Source: an uncultured Alphaproteobacteria bacterium (lineage in GTDB: Bacteria > Pseudomonadota > Alphaproteobacteria > Rhizobiales > Xanthobacteraceae). Taken from it: a stretch of DNA of 64,000 nucleotides. The stretch is taken from NCBI GenBank assembly GCA_963757845.1, contig CAVWTB010000064.1, positions 58,233-122,232 of the forward strand, written 5' to 3'. The translations under genes were made by a program, and so were the position numbers. Position 1 is the first letter of the stretch, and each line of letters begins with the position of its first letter. Under the pieces are notes generated by a model that saw only the letters and a program-made list of their open reading frames with translations, was not told where the DNA came from and did no database searches. Below are positions 35,029 to 46,765 of this stretch, one piece after another.

Positions 35029-35290
35029 GTGCTCAACAAATTCGGATCGTCCGGCCAGGGCGAAGCGAAGGTGCAGTATCTCGACGGCGACTTCCGCGTG
35101 ATCTCGCCCGGCGCCTATGTGCGCTGCGCCGTCACCGGCGCGAAGATTCCGCTGGAAGACCTGAAGTACTGGAGCGTCGACCGGCAGGAGGCCTATGCCA
35201 CGCCGGAAGCCGTGCTGGAGCGGCATCAGCTGACGCCGGCCGCGGACCGCGCGGTAACGCTGGATATTCTCGCGCGCCTTCACCAGGCGC
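35029..35290 (+). CDS. DUF2093-type small conserved alphaproteobacterial protein; 3' end uncertain
   Basis: GTG start after 'GGAG'. 'LNKFGSSGQGEAKVQYLDGDFRVISPGAYVRCAVTGAKIPLEDLKYWSVDRQEAYATPEAVLERH'. Confidence 0.55.
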
Positions 35291-36278
35291 AACGCAATGA
35301 AGTGCCGCAGAGGCGGCCTCGTCATCGAAGGCCGAGCGTGATCGGAAACGGCTGGATCGGACGCGATATCCGCCGCTGTGCCGCGCAGCCGGACGAAATC
35401 CTTTTCCGTCGTCACCAGCGTCAGCGAGGTCTTGCGCGCTTCTTCGATCAACTGGTCGATTTCGGCCGCGGTGAACGCGATGATGGTCGTCGAACGCGCG
35501 CGTCGCGGCGACGTCGATGCCGCTTGCGGCGCAGCGTTGCGAAGAACCGCTGCGGATCGCCGATGCCTGCGAAGGCCAGCACGCGCTTGCCGCGCAAGGA
35601 CGCAACGGCATCACCATCGGCAACGATCGCGCGCCTTCAGGACAAGGCCGCCGCTCGCCTCCACGCGCTCCGCAAGCTTGCCGGCAGCCGACGCCGTCGC
35701 CGGAGACGATGAGAACATCCGTGCGGTCCGAGCTGCGCCGGCGAGCGGCGCGCGCAACGGACCCGACGGAAACACGCTGGCCGTTGCCGATGCCGCGATG
35801 GCCGTCGATCACGATCAGCGAGATATCCTTTTGCAGCGACGGATTTTGAAAGCCGTCGTCCATGACGACCACGCTCGCGCCCGCCTTCTGCGCGGCATCC
35901 GCACCCGCCACGCGATCGCGCGACACGATCACGGGCGCCAGCGCGCGCCAGCAGCAGCGGCTCATCGCCGACGTCGGCGGCCGTGTGCGCTTCCAGCATC
36001 CACGCGCACCGGTCCGGCAAGCCGTGCCACCATAGCCGCGGCTGAGCACGACCGGCGTTTCGCCTGCGCGTCCGCAGCAACTTCACCAGCGCAATGACTG
36101 TCGGCGTCTTGCCGGCACCGCCGAGCGAATAGTTGCCGACGCAGATGACCGGGATCGCAGCGCGATGGCCCTTGCGCAGCATGCGGCGACCTGAAATCGC
36201 GCCGTACAGAAATCCGAAGGGCGCGAGCAGCCGCGACATCCATGACGGCGACCGCCACCAGAATGCCGGCTCACGCAT
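35250..36278 (-). CDS. lpxK: Tetraacyldisaccharide 4'-kinase LpxK; heavily frame-broken
   Basis: 'MREPAFWWRSPSWMSRLLAPFGFLYGAISGRRMLRKGHRAAIPVICVGNYSLGGAGKTPTVIALVKLL' (P-loop). Middle 'VVVMDDGFQNPSLQKDISLIVIDG'. C-terminal 'LTLVTTEKDFVRL'. Confidence 0.8.
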
Positions 36279-37582
36279 GCGCGGTTCCGCTCTCGAGCCG
36301 CAGCTGCAGCAGGTAAGGCTCCAGCGCCGCCATGGTCTTGTCCAGCGCGCCGCCGAGCCGGTCGACCACCGCGCGCCCGGCGACGCCGGCGCGCTGGCGC
36401 GCGTCGCGGTCGTCCAGCCAGCCGCCCAGCTGCTTCACCAGCGCCTCGCCGTCGGCGGCGAGCTTTGCGCCGCCCGCCTCATCGAGCGCACGATAGATGT
36501 CGGCGAAGTTTCCGACATGCGGCCCGTGCACGACCGCTGCTCCCAGCTTGATCGGCTCGATCGGATTCTGCCCGCCGTGGTTGACCAGCGAACCGCCGAC
36601 GAACACCAGCGGCGCAAGGCGATAGAACAGGCCAAGTTCGCCCAGCGTGTCGGCCACATAGATTTCGGTCTCGGCCGACGGCAGTTGATCGCGCGAGCGC
36701 ACAGCGGCGCGCAAAGCCGAAGGTCTCGGTCAGCTGCGCCACCTGCTGGCCGCGCTCGGGATGACGCGGCACGATGATCGGTCAGCAGGCCCGGGAAATA
36801 GGTCGCCAGACGCCGGTGCGCGTCGAGCACGATGTCCTCCTCGCCCGGATGCGTGGACGACGCGAGCACGACCGGACGGCCCTGCACGGCCTGTTTCAGC
36901 TGCGTCGAGCTTTTGCGGATCAGCCGGCGGCGCCGGCACGTCGAACTTGCAGGTTGCCGGTGTTGAACACATGCGGGCTGCCGAGCGCGGAGAAACGATC
37001 GGCATCGCCCTGCGATTGCACCAGGCACATCTCGAACCGGGCGAGCAGCGTCGCCATCGTCGCCGGCGCCGTGCGCCAGCGCTGGAACGAACGCTGCGAC
37101 ATCCGCCCGTTGACGACGATCATCGGAATGCGCCGCTCGGCATCCGGCGAGGATCAGGTTGGGCCAGAGATCGGATTCCACGAACAGCGCGAAGCTCGGC
37201 TGCCAGTGATCGAGGAAGCGCGCCACGAAGCGCGGCGAGTCGTAGGGGATGAACTGGTGAATGACGTCGGGCGGAAAGCGCCTGCGCGACGATCGCAGCC
37301 GACGTCACCGTGCCCGATGTCAGCAGGATGCGGATGTTCATCGCCCGCATCCGCTCGACCAGGCCCGCGACCGCAAGCACCTCGCCGACGCTGGCGCCGT
37401 GGATCCACACCAGCGGGCCCGGCGGCCGCTCGGTGGCGCTCAAGCCCTTGCGCTCGCCGACCCGCGCCTCGTCTTCCTTGCCGCGCTTCAGCGCGGTGCT
37501 TGACCAGCGCGCCGGCAAGCGGCGTCGCCACCGTCGACAGCGAGCGATAGACGCGCAAGGTCAGCGGCAGGTCGCTAGCCAT
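36271..37582 (-). CDS. waaA: 3-deoxy-D-manno-octulosonic acid transferase WaaA (KdtA); frame breaks
   Basis: 'GPLVWIHGASVGEVLAVAGLVERMRAMNIRILLTSGTVTSAAI', 'FLDHWQPSFALFVESDLWPNLI', C-terminal 'IYVADTLGELGLFYRLAPLVFVGGSLVNHGGQNPIEPIKLGAAVVHGPHVGNF'. Confidence 0.85.
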
Positions 37583-38250
37583 GGGAGTCCTCGCGGCCGA
37601 CCGCGGCGTAAGCGCGCCGCGTCACGTCCTTCAACTCGGCTTCGAGGCGGACGCGGTAGGCTTCCACCGTCGCATCGTCGGCATCGCGCGGAACGTAGAT
37701 CGGATCGGTCGTCACCATCGCGCCGCGGCCGAACGGCAGGCTGATCACGGACCGGTCCCAGTTGTCGAGCCGCTTGAAGCGGCTGGTCGCCAGCGCGAAC
37801 GGGAAGATCGGCCGGCCGGACTCGCGCGCGAGCATGATGACGCCGCGGCCGGCGACGCGCGCCACCTTCGGCACGTCGGCGGTGGTCACCATGTTCGTTC
37901 CTTCCGCGAGCGTCTGCAGCATGGCCTTGAACGCCGTCACTCCGCCCTTGCGCTGGAACTCGACGCCGTGATCGCCGGAGCCGCGAATGGTGCCGGCCCC
38001 GAGCCGCTCCGCCGCGATCGCGTTGATCTCGCCGTCGCGATGGCGCGAGATCAGCACCTTGGCCCGATGATAGTCGCGCCTGAGGAACGGCACCATGAAA
38101 TGCTCGCCGTGCCAGATCGCGATGATCGCCGGCAGGTGCGGATCGACCCGCTGGTAGAAATCCGGCGGATCGTAGCTGAATCTGTTGGTCAGCCAAACCA
38201 GGCGCAGGTATTCCGCGGCAAGAATTCCCGCGGCGCGCTGAAACGCCGGC
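37575..38250 (-). CDS. DUF374 lysophospholipid-acyltransferase-like protein (commonly encoded next to waaA); N-terminal frame break
   Basis: 'YHRAKVLISRHRDGEINAIAAERLGAGTIRGSGDHGVEFQRKGGVTAFKAMLQTLAEGTNMVTTADVPK'. Confidence 0.65.
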
Positions 38251-38286
38251 GCGCTGTGTCAAGTCTCTCAGTCGCATCGCGAGGCT

Positions 38287-38529
38287 TTAGCGCTTCGTAT
38301 CGGTGGCGGGATCGAGCAGCCGGTGCAGATGAACGATGAAGTAGCGCATCTGCGCGTTGTCGACCGTCTGCTGCGCCTTGGCCCTCCAGGCCGCATGGGC
38401 GGACGCATAGTTCGGAAACACGCCGACGATATCCACTTTGTCGAGATCCTTGAAGGTCACGTGCTCAAGGTCGGTGAGTTCACCGCCGAGCACGAGATGA
38501 AGCAGTTGGGGTTGCACCTGATCGGGCAT
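38287..38529 (-). CDS. DUF4170 small protein, intact
   Basis: 'QLLHLVLGGELTDLEHVTFKDLDKVDIVGVFPNYASAHAAWRAKAQQTVDNAQMRYFIVHLHRLLDP'. Confidence 0.7.
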   Translation of the reverse strand: MPDQVQPQLLHLVLGGELTDLEHVTFKDLDKVDIVGVFPNYASAHAAWRAKAQQTVDNAQMRYFIVHLHRLLDPATDTKR

Positions 38530-38718
38530 CGAATTTCGATCCTGCGTTTGCCCGGCAATCGTCGAAAAGACAATCGGAAAATTAGCGCATTCTCGTCAAG
38601 CAAAAGCGGCTCGTTTGACCGCAACGCGCATCTGCGCGCGCAAACGTTCGCAGAACGCCGAAACCGCGCAATTTCGGACCGTCGCGGCGATTTTGCAGTC
38701 GCGTTGCAGACGAACGCT

Positions 38719-39430
38719 TCAATGCTGCGCGAGATGCGCCACAAGCTCGCGCGTGCCGCTCGCGCCCGGCCGCCACCAGCACTTCGTGCGTGACCTCGAC
38801 GCGATTGTAGACGAGGCGCGTCGCCGTGCAGCGTCGTCAGCCGGCCGCCGGCTTCGCGCAGCAACAGATCGGCGGCCGCAAGATCCCAGTCGTGGCTGTT
38901 GCCGCCGACGAAGGCCGCATCGAGCGCGCCCTGCGCGACGCGGCTGATGCGCAGCGCCAGCGAGCCGATCTTGAAATTGCTGCAGTTCCGGCGACGTGGT
39001 TCCGCGCACGCGGTTGAGCAGAAAATGCGGACCGGCCATCCGCTCGATATCGAAGTTGGTGCCCTTCGACGCCGTGATCGCAGCGTCGTTGCGCGCTGCG
39101 CCGCCGCCGCTGCTGGCGAAGAAAAACTCGTCGGTCGCCGGCGCAAAGACGGCGGCAAGCCGCGGCTTTCCCGCCTCGACCAGCGCCGCGCTGATCGACC
39201 AGTCCTCGCGCCCGCCGAGATAGGCGCGCGTGCCGTCGATCGGATCGACGATCCAGACCCGTTGCTTGCTCGAGACGCGACGCGGTCGTCGGCGCTCTCT
39301 TCCGACAGCCAGCCATAGTCCGGCGTCGCCGACTGCAGGCGCTGGCGGATCAGTTCATCGACGGCGATGTCGGCTTCGGACACGGGCGAGGACTGCCCCT
39401 TGGTCCATTGCCTGATCTCGGTGCGGAACA
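38719..39430 (-). CDS. Inositol monophosphatase family protein (CysQ/SuhB-like); heavily frame-broken
   Basis: 'EIRQWTKGQSSPVSEADIAVDELIRQRLQSATPDYGWLSEESADD', 'FKIGSLALRISRVAQGALDAAFVGGNSHDWDLAAADLLLREAGG'. Fragments lie in three minus frames. Confidence 0.6.
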
Positions 39431-39499
39431 TCGTCAGCGCGAGCGCGCCCGCCTCGCGCACGGTCCGCTGTCAACAGCGCAGCATCGCTTGCAATATCG

Positions 39500-40903
39500 G
39501 CTTCAGCGGCCAGCAACCGTCAGTCCTTCGATGCGCACGGTCGGCGCATTGACGCCGTACTTGAATTCGAAGATCGTTCGCCGCCGTCAGCGACTTGAAG
39601 ATGTCGAGCAGGTGTCCTGCAATCGTCACTTCGCTGACGGCATAGCCGACCTTGCCGTTCTCGATCCAGAAGCCGCTGGCGCCGCGGCTGTAGTCGCCGG
39701 TCACGCCGTTGACGCCCGAGCCGATCAGGTCGGTGACGTAGAAGCCTTCCTTGATATCGCCGATCAACTCGGCCGGCGTCGCTTTGCCCGGCGTCATGTG
39801 CAGATTGTAGGCGCCCGGCGACGGCGACGACGACACGCCGCGATGCGCCCGGCCGTTGGTGACGAAGCCAAGCTCGCGCGCCGTCGACGAATCGAGCACC
39901 CACGAGGTCAGCACGCCGTTCTCGATGAACGAGAGCGGCTTGACCGTGACGCCCTCGGCGTCGAACGGCTGCGAGCGCAGGCCCCGCACCCGCAACGGGT
40001 CGTCGACGATGCTGACGCTCGGTGTCGAACAGCTGCTGCGCCCATCTTGTCCTTCAGGAAGCTGGTCTTGCGGGCGATCGAGGCGCCGTTGATCGCGCCC
40101 ATCAGATGGCCGACCAGCGAGCCCGCCACGCGCGGGTCGAACACGATCGGAACCTTGCAGGTCGCGACCTTGCGCGGATTGACGCGCGCCACCGCGCGCT
40201 CGGCCGCGGTCTTGCCGACGCTCTCGGGCGACGCGAGATCGGAGCGCATGGATCGCGGTCGAAAAATCGTAGTCGCGCTCCATGCCGGTGCCTTCGCCGG
40301 CGATCGCCGTCATCGAGATGCCCTGGCTCGAGCGCAGATACGCGCCGCAGAAGCCCGTGCTGGTCACCAGCACCATGCCGCCGATGCCCGCGGACGCCGA
40401 AGCGCCGCCGGATTTGGTGACGCCCTTCACCGCAAGGCCCGCGGCTTCGGCCGCGCGCGCGCGCCGTTCGAGCTCCTCGACCGACGGAACATCGGGATCG
40501 AGCAGGTCGAGCTCCGGGAAATTGCTTCGCCAGCAGCGAAGGATCGGCAAGGCCCGCGTACTTGTCCTCCGGCGCGATCCGCGCCATGGCGACCGCGCGC
40601 TCGGCGAGCGTGTGCGACATCGGCGACGATATCGTTGGTCGACACCACCGCCTGTTTGTGCCCGATCAGCACGCGCAAGCCCACGTCGTCACCCTCGGCG
40701 CGCTCGGACTCCTCGACATTGCCGTCGCGGATTTCGACGCTCTGCGACACGCCGCGCACGGCGATCGCGTCGGCTGCGTCCGCACCGGCGCGCTTGGCCG
40801 CCTCGACCAGGCGCTGCGCCAGATCGGTCAGCGCCGACTGATCAAGCAGGCTTTGCGATTTTTCGGCCGAACGTTTGGCTGCAGCGAGAGTGGATTGAGA
40901 CAC
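39500..40903 (-). CDS. pmbA: Metalloprotease PmbA (TldE); frame breaks
   Basis: N-terminal 'LVEAAKRAGADAADAIAVRGVSQSVEIRDGNVEESERAEGDDVGLRVLIGHKQAVVSTND'. C-terminal 'NGRAHRGVSSSPSPGAYNLHMTPG...FYVTDLIGSGVNGVTGDYSRGASGFWIENGKVGYAVSEVTIAGHLLDIF'. Confidence 0.8.
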
Positions 40904-41221
40904 TGCTCAGTCCTGAAACTTGAAGCGCGGCAACGCAACAGATTGAGGAGATGTGCCTGATCTGGCAAGGCTTCAAGCACGATTCATCTTGCACATAAAG
41001 GCTTTTTCAGGAACTCGGCAAGGAGTCGTCAAGTATGCGATCAAGGTAGACTCTCTTAACCAGCCTTCTTAAGCGGTTTCGGCCGCGCGCTCTGGCAAGG
41101 TGACCCCATCGACCGGGAACAAATCCCGGCGGGGGAGCTAAAAGCCGTGAGGCGTCAAACAACAGGCGGGATCAATCCCGCCGGGTCGAGCCGCGTCGAG
41201 CGGCTCGACCCCCTTTCACTT

Positions 41222-41690
41222 CCCGCGAGTTTCGAAGCGCGCGATACCCGCGCCGACGGTGGCGTGCGGCGTATCGAGCTCGATCGCGATCGCGTCACAC
41301 TGCGCCGCGCCGTGCACGGCATGCGCATGGCGATCAATCTCCGCATCTCCGATTTTCTCGGCGTCGCGCTGCGCAACATCGAAGGCGCGCCGACGCTGAT
41401 CCTCAAGCATCGCGATCCGTCGCTGTCGGTGCCGCTTGTCCGTCGGCGACGAGGACGTCGAGAGCGATTGGCGGATCTGGTCGGAAACGTTTGCGCTGCC
41501 GCAGCTGTCCGAGCCTGCCGCGCAGCCGGTCGGCAGAACCCGCGCCGCGCCGCCGCCGCCGCAACGCCATCAAGCGGCGCCGTCCCTCGATCCTGATGCG
41601 CCGCAAGGTCGGCGGCGCTATTGGCCACGATGGGCGTCTTCCGCGGCGAGCGCGAGATCATCGCGCGGAATTGAGACGTCGTAGCCGCTC
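41222..41690 (+). CDS. Hypothetical conserved protein; frame break near 41440
   Basis: 'RLDPLSLPASFEARDTRADGGVRRIELDRDRVTLRRAVHGMRMAINLRISDFLGVALRNIEGAPTLILKHRDPSLSVPL' then '...DEDVESDWRIWSETFALPQL'. Confidence 0.4.
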
Positions 41691-41692
41691 AG

Positions 41693-42630
41693 GCCCGCAC
41701 CAGCGCGTCCGCCACCAGCCCCGCAAACAACAGCAATCCCGCATCGCGGTTCGACTTGAACAGCCGCATGGCACAGCGCCGCATCGTCGATGCGGATGCT
41801 GCGGATCTGCCAGACGAGATGCACGGCGAACGCGATCAGCCCCGCATAGGCGAGCCAGCCGCCGCCGGACAGGCGGATCGACACGCCGATCAGCAGCACC
41901 GCCAGCGCATAGAACACCGTCAGCATGGTCTGCGTGTTCTCGCCGAACAGCAGCGCGGTCGACTTCACGCCGATCAGCGCATCGTCCTCGCGGTCCTGAT
42001 GCGCATAGATCGTGTCGTAGCCGATCACCCAGGCGATCGATCCGGCATAGAGCACGAACGCGGGCGCGCCGAGCGTTGCGAGCATCACCGCAAATCCCAT
42101 CAAGGCGCCCCAGGAGAATGCGAGGCCCAGCACGACCTGCGGCCAGTAGGTGATCCGCTTCATGAACGGATAGACGACGACGATGGCGAGCGACGCGAAG
42201 CCGGTGAGGATCGCAAAGGCGTTGAACTGCAGCAGTACGGCGAGGCCGACAAGCGCCAGCGCGACCAGAAACGCGAAGGCGTTGCGGACGCTCACCTGCC
42301 CCGCCGGGATCGGCCGCGATCGCGTGCGCTCGACCTTCGCGTCGAGATCGCGATCGGTGATGTCGTTCCAGGTGCAGCCCGCGCCGCGCATCGCGAAGGC
42401 GCCGATGAAGAACAGCGCCAGCACCCACGGCAGCGATTTCACATTGCCGCGATGCCGGCGGCGAGCGCCGCCGACCACCAGCACGGCAGCAGCAGCAGCC
42501 ATGAGCCGATCGGACGATCGAACCGGGCGAGGCGAAGGTAAGGACGCGACCAGGCGGGCGCGAGCCAATCGACCCAGTTGCCGGTCGAGTCGGCGACGCG
42601 GCCGCTCGCGTCGCTCATGGGCTCAGCGAA
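41693..42630 (-). CDS. ubiA: 4-hydroxybenzoate polyprenyltransferase UbiA; N-terminal frame break
   Basis: 'RPYLRLARFDRPIGSWLLLLPCWWS', 'GAGCTWNDITDRDLDAKVERTRSRPIPAGQVS', 'IGYDTIYAHQDREDDALIGVKSTALLFG'. Confidence 0.85.
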
Positions 42631-42713
42631 GACGCGGCATGCGCGATCAGCGCGACAGGACATTGCCGTTGAGGGTGTCGAACGCGCTGCCACCCCTGCG
42701 CACCGAACGGATC

Positions 42714-43430
42714 TCAGGACCCGAGCTCGGAGCCGAGCACTTCGCTCAAGGAGGGCGCCGCCGCCGGCCCGCCGCCCTGCGGCCGCGCGGCCGCCTCGCA
42801 GACGGCCTTCATCATCTGCTGCGAGCGCGCCTGATTGGCCTTCAACTGCTTCGGAATTTCGGCCGGGATGCCGCAGGCCGTCTGCTTGGTCGTGACGTAG
42901 TTCACGAGCTTCGCCTCGGCCTGGACGTAGTTCTTGATCAGACCGCACGCTTCCTGCGGCGGCGCCTTGCGCTCGCTCGCGGCCTTGATCGCCTGTGCCC
43001 GCTTCTCGGCGTCCTGCCGCAGCGGCGCGAATTTTTCCATGCAGTCCTGCTGCTCGGCAGTTCCGCCGCCACCACCGCCGCCGCCTTGCGGACCGGCGCC
43101 GGCAAGGCCGCCGCCGAGCGGCGCCGATCCTTGCGAGAACACGCCCTGCGACGCCGCTGCGTTCGACGACGACGGCGACGGGAACGCTGAACCCGATGCC
43201 GGGCGCTGTTGCGAGGCGCGCGCTGTTGTTCACCGGCGGGAACGGCGATGACGCGGCCGGCGCCGCATTGCCCGACCCGGACTGATTGACCGGAGGAAAC
43301 GGCGACGACGAGCTGTTGGACTGATTCGGCAGCGGCGCCGGAAATGCGCCTTGCGCCGCGGCTTCCACGCAAAGCGCGGCCATCGCGGTTAGTGTCAGCG
43401 GCATCAGAAGGCGGCGAACGCTCACGATCT
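42714..43430 (-). CDS. Hypothetical secreted protein: signal peptide, Pro/Ser/Gly-rich low-complexity region, Cys-containing C-terminal domain
   Basis: 'LLMPLTLTAMAALCVEAAAQGAFPAPLPNQSNSSSSPFPPVNQSG' and 'QQDCMEKFAPLRQDAEKRAQAIKAASERKAPPQEACGLIKNYVQAEAKLVNYVTTKQTACGIP'. Frame break. Confidence 0.45.
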
Positions 43431-43644
43431 CTCCTCGCGACAGGCGGGTTGGCGCGGTGCCGCCGAAGCAGGTCACCGGAGCGGTTTTTACGATTACCAG
43501 GGCCAGTTAACAACCCGATGATTCCGGCATTAACGCGGCGCGACGCCGCGCCGCAAGCCGTGAAACCGGCCGATCAGAACGGTCCGCGCTACCGCTGTTA
43601 ATGGGCCTTGCATGGGCTACAAGCGTACAAATCTGCGAGAGCCC

Positions 43645-44392
43645 CACGCCCTGATGCCCCGCGCCGACTTCCGCACACCCCGCCTCTATGTCGACGCCGC
43701 GCTTGCGCCCGGCGGCGTCCGTTCCGCTGGCCCCCGAGCAGAGCAACTATCTCGGCAACGTGCTGCGGCTGAAGAGCGGCGACAAGGTGCTCGCCTTCAA
43801 CGGTCGCGATGGCGAATGGCGCGCGGCCATTGCCGGCCGCAAACGGCCCGAGCAGTTGACGATCGAGACGCAGACCCGGGCGCAGGAAGCGCCGACGCGC
43901 ATGCGTTACGCATTCGCGCCGCTGAAACATGCCCGCCTCGACTACATGGTGCAGAAGGCGGTCGAAATGGGCGCGTCGGCGCTGTGCCCGGTGCTGACGC
44001 AACATACGCAGGTCAGTCGCATCAATCTCGAGCGCATGCGCGCCAATGTGATCGAAGCGGCAGAGCAATGCGGCATTCTCAGCATCGCCGCCGTCGAAGA
44101 GCCGCTGCCGCTCGAACGCTTTCTGAACGACCGCAACGCGAGCAGCCTGCTGGTCTTCTGCGACGAGGATGCGGAAGACGGCGATGCGGTCGCAACGCTT
44201 GAAGCCGCCCGCGAACAGGCCACAGCCGGCATCGATGTGCTGATCGGGCCGGAGGGCGGGTTCGCGCAAGCCGAGCGCGAGCTGCTGATGCGCCAGACGC
44301 ATGTCGCACGGCTGTCGCTCGGGCCCCGCATCCTGCGCGCCGACACCGCGGCCGTCGCAGCCCTGGCGCTGGTGCAGGCGGTGCTTGGTTAA
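43645..44392 (+). CDS. rsmE: 16S rRNA (uracil1498-N3)-methyltransferase RsmE; N-terminal frame break
   Basis: 'PRLYVDAALAPGG', 'SNYLGNVLRLKSGDKVLAFNGRDGEW', 'VLIGPEGGFAQAERELL', 'LSLGPRILRADTAAVAALALVQA'. Confidence 0.8.
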
Positions 44393-44524
44393 CGGCCTGA
44401 TGCCGGTTCCTGACGGCGGCTGCCGGTAAGGCATAAGGTGTTAATTCAGTTGGCGATTGCGGGTCGAAACTTGGCCTTGCCCGTGCTAAACGCCCGCCAC
44501 TTCGAACGCCGGAACCGCCCGAAA

Positions 44525-45670
44525 ATGACCACCCCCGCCGCGCCATCTGCGACCGGCTCCGCCTCCCGCGCGGAAGCCCTGCTGGCGTCGTTTGCGGCGG
44601 CCGGTTATGCGGCCGTGCAGCCCTCGATTCTGCAACCGGCCGAGCCGTTTCTCGATCTCTCGGGTGAGGATATCCGCAAGAGCCTCTATCTGACGACCGA
44701 TGCCAGCGGCGACGAGCTCTGCCTGCGGCCCGACCTGACCATCCCGGTGGCGCGCGACTACCTCGCCTCCGCCCGCGCAGGCCAGCCGGCGGGCTTCTGC
44801 TATCTCGGCCCCGTGTTCCGCTATCGCAGCGACAAGCCGAGCGAGTTCGTGCAGGCCGGCGTCGAGTTGTTCGGACGCAAGGATTCAGCTGCCGCCGACG
44901 CCGAGATGCTCGCGCTCGGGCTCGAGGCGACGGCCGCGTTCGGCATCACCGATGTCGAAGTTCGCACCGGCGACGTCGGCCTGTTCGCGGCCCTGATCGG
45001 CGCGCTCGATCTCGCGCCGGTGTGGAAGCGGCGGCTGATGAAGGATTTCAACCGCAAGATCAGCCTCGCGCAGGATCTCAAGCGCATGACGCTCGCCACC
45101 AGCGCGAGCCGCACCGACTATCACGGCGTGCTCGCAGCACTGGCCGGCTCCGACCGCAAGGCCGCGCTGGCGCTGGTGAGCGACCTGATCTCGATTGCGG
45201 GTGCGACGAACTTGAGTGGCCGCACCAACGCCGAGATCGCCGACCGCTTTCTCGAGCAATCGACCATGGCCGGCGGCGCGCTGCCGAAGGAGACCGTGGC
45301 CGCGCTCGAACGCTTCCTGTCGATTGCGGGCGAGCCGGACGACGCGCTGGCGCAGCTGCGCCGGCTTGCCGCCGACGCGAAGCTGGACATCTCCGCAGCC
45401 ATCGACCTGCTCGAGAGCAGGATCGGCTTCATGGCCGCGCGCGGCCTCGATGTCGCAAAGATCCGTTTCGCCACCTCGTTCGGCCGCGGCATCGACTACT
45501 ACACCGGCTTCGAGTTCGAACTGCACGCGACGGGCAACGGCGGCGAGCCGCTGGTCGCAGGCGGCCGCTATGACGGATTGCTGACACGGCTTGGCGCTGC
45601 GGCGCCGATCCCCGCCGTCGGCTTCTCGGTGTGGATCGACGCGCTCGCGCATGCGGGGCGCCTGTCATGA
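44525..45670 (+). CDS. hisZ: ATP phosphoribosyltransferase regulatory subunit HisZ, intact
   Basis: HisRS-like class II core without anticodon domain: '[15 protein letters not shown]', '[10 protein letters not shown]', 'GGRYDGLL'. 4-bp overlap with hisG. Confidence 0.85.
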   Translation: MTTPAAPSATGSASRAEALLASFAAAGYAAVQPSILQPAEPFLDLSGEDIRKSLYLTTDASGDELCLRPDLTIPVARDYLASARAGQPAGFCYLGPVFRYRSDKPSEFVQAGVELFGRKDSAAADAEMLALGLEATAAFGITDVEVRTGDVGLFAALIGALDLAPVWKRRLMKDFNRKISLAQDLKRMTLATSASRTDYHGVLAALAGSDRKAALALVSDLISIAGATNLSGRTNAEIADRFLEQSTMAGGALPKETVAALERFLSIAGEPDDALAQLRRLAADAKLDISAAIDLLESRIGFMAARGLDVAKIRFATSFGRGIDYYTGFEFELHATGNGGEPLVAGGRYDGLLTRLGAAAPIPAVGFSVWIDALAHAGRLS

Positions 45671-46645
45671 CCCAGCCGTTCGTCATCGCCGTCCCGTCCA
45701 AGGGACGGCTGCAGGAAAACACCGACGCCTTCTTCGCCGAGGCCGGCCTCAACATGGCGAAGCCGGGCGGCGCGCGGGACTATCGCGGGACCATTTCGGG
45801 CTTCGACAATGTCGAGGTCGCCTACCTCTCGGCAAGCGAGATCGCCTCACAGCTTGCGCGCGGCACCGTGCATCTCGGCGTCACCGGCGAGGACCTGGTG
45901 CGCGAGAGCATCGTCAATGCCGATCGCAAGGTGGCTTTGATCGAGGGCCTCGGCTTCGGCTATGCGAACGTCGTCGTCGCCGTGCCGCAGGCCTGGATCG
46001 ACGTGCGCACGATGGCCGACCTCGACGACGTCTCGACCGAATTTCGCACCCAGCACAACCGCCGCATGCGCGTTGCGACCAAATACATCAACCTGACGCG
46101 CGGCTTCTTCGCCAGGCACGGCGTGGTCGACTACCGCACCGTCGAGAGCGCCGGCGCCACCGAAGGCGCGCCCGCCTCCGGCACGGCGGAGCTGATCGTC
46201 GACATCACCACCACCGGCGCGACGCTCGCCGCCAACGGGCTGAAGGTGCTCGACGACGGCACCATCCTGCGCAGCCAGGCCAACCTCGTCGCCTCGCGCG
46301 ACGCCGACTGGTCGCGAGCATGCGCTCGACACCGCGCGCATCATCTTCGACCACATCTCCGCCCGCGCGCGCGCGCGATCGTTCAAGGAGGTGCGCACGC
46401 GCTTCCCGGGCTGCGACGCGGCGTTGCTTGCGGAGGCGCACACCAAGTTCGGCGTGGTGTCGCCGTTCGGCGGCCCGACCTCGTCCGGCATGGTGACGCT
46501 GCACTGCCCGCCGGCAAAACTCTATGCGCTGGCGAGCTTCCTGCGCGACCATGGCGCGGAAGCCGTTTCCGTCGCCTCGCTCGACTACGTGTTCGACCGC
46601 GCCGATCCGCTGTTCGCGCGGCTGCAGGCGTTCCTGCGTTCGTGA
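45667..46645 (+). CDS. hisG: ATP phosphoribosyltransferase HisG (long form); one frame break near 46310
   Basis: '[23 protein letters not shown]', '[14 protein letters not shown]', '[21 protein letters not shown]', C-terminal regulatory domain in the other frame. Confidence 0.85.
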
Positions 46646-46765
46646 ACGAACGTTCAGGCACGAGCGCTGACCTTTTTGTCGCGTTGCACGCCATGGCGGC
46701 GGCATGACACGATGGCCATATCTGAAGGCGTGACGACGACGTTTTACTCATTCGGACACGCAAGA

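Noticed and set aside
43480-43640. TTAA-containing motifs upstream of rsmE (GTTAAC...ATTAAC...GTTAAT) as CtrA boxes
   Set aside because: Spacings between the TTAA elements are 19 nt or more, not the N7 required for a CtrA full site. Treated as chance.
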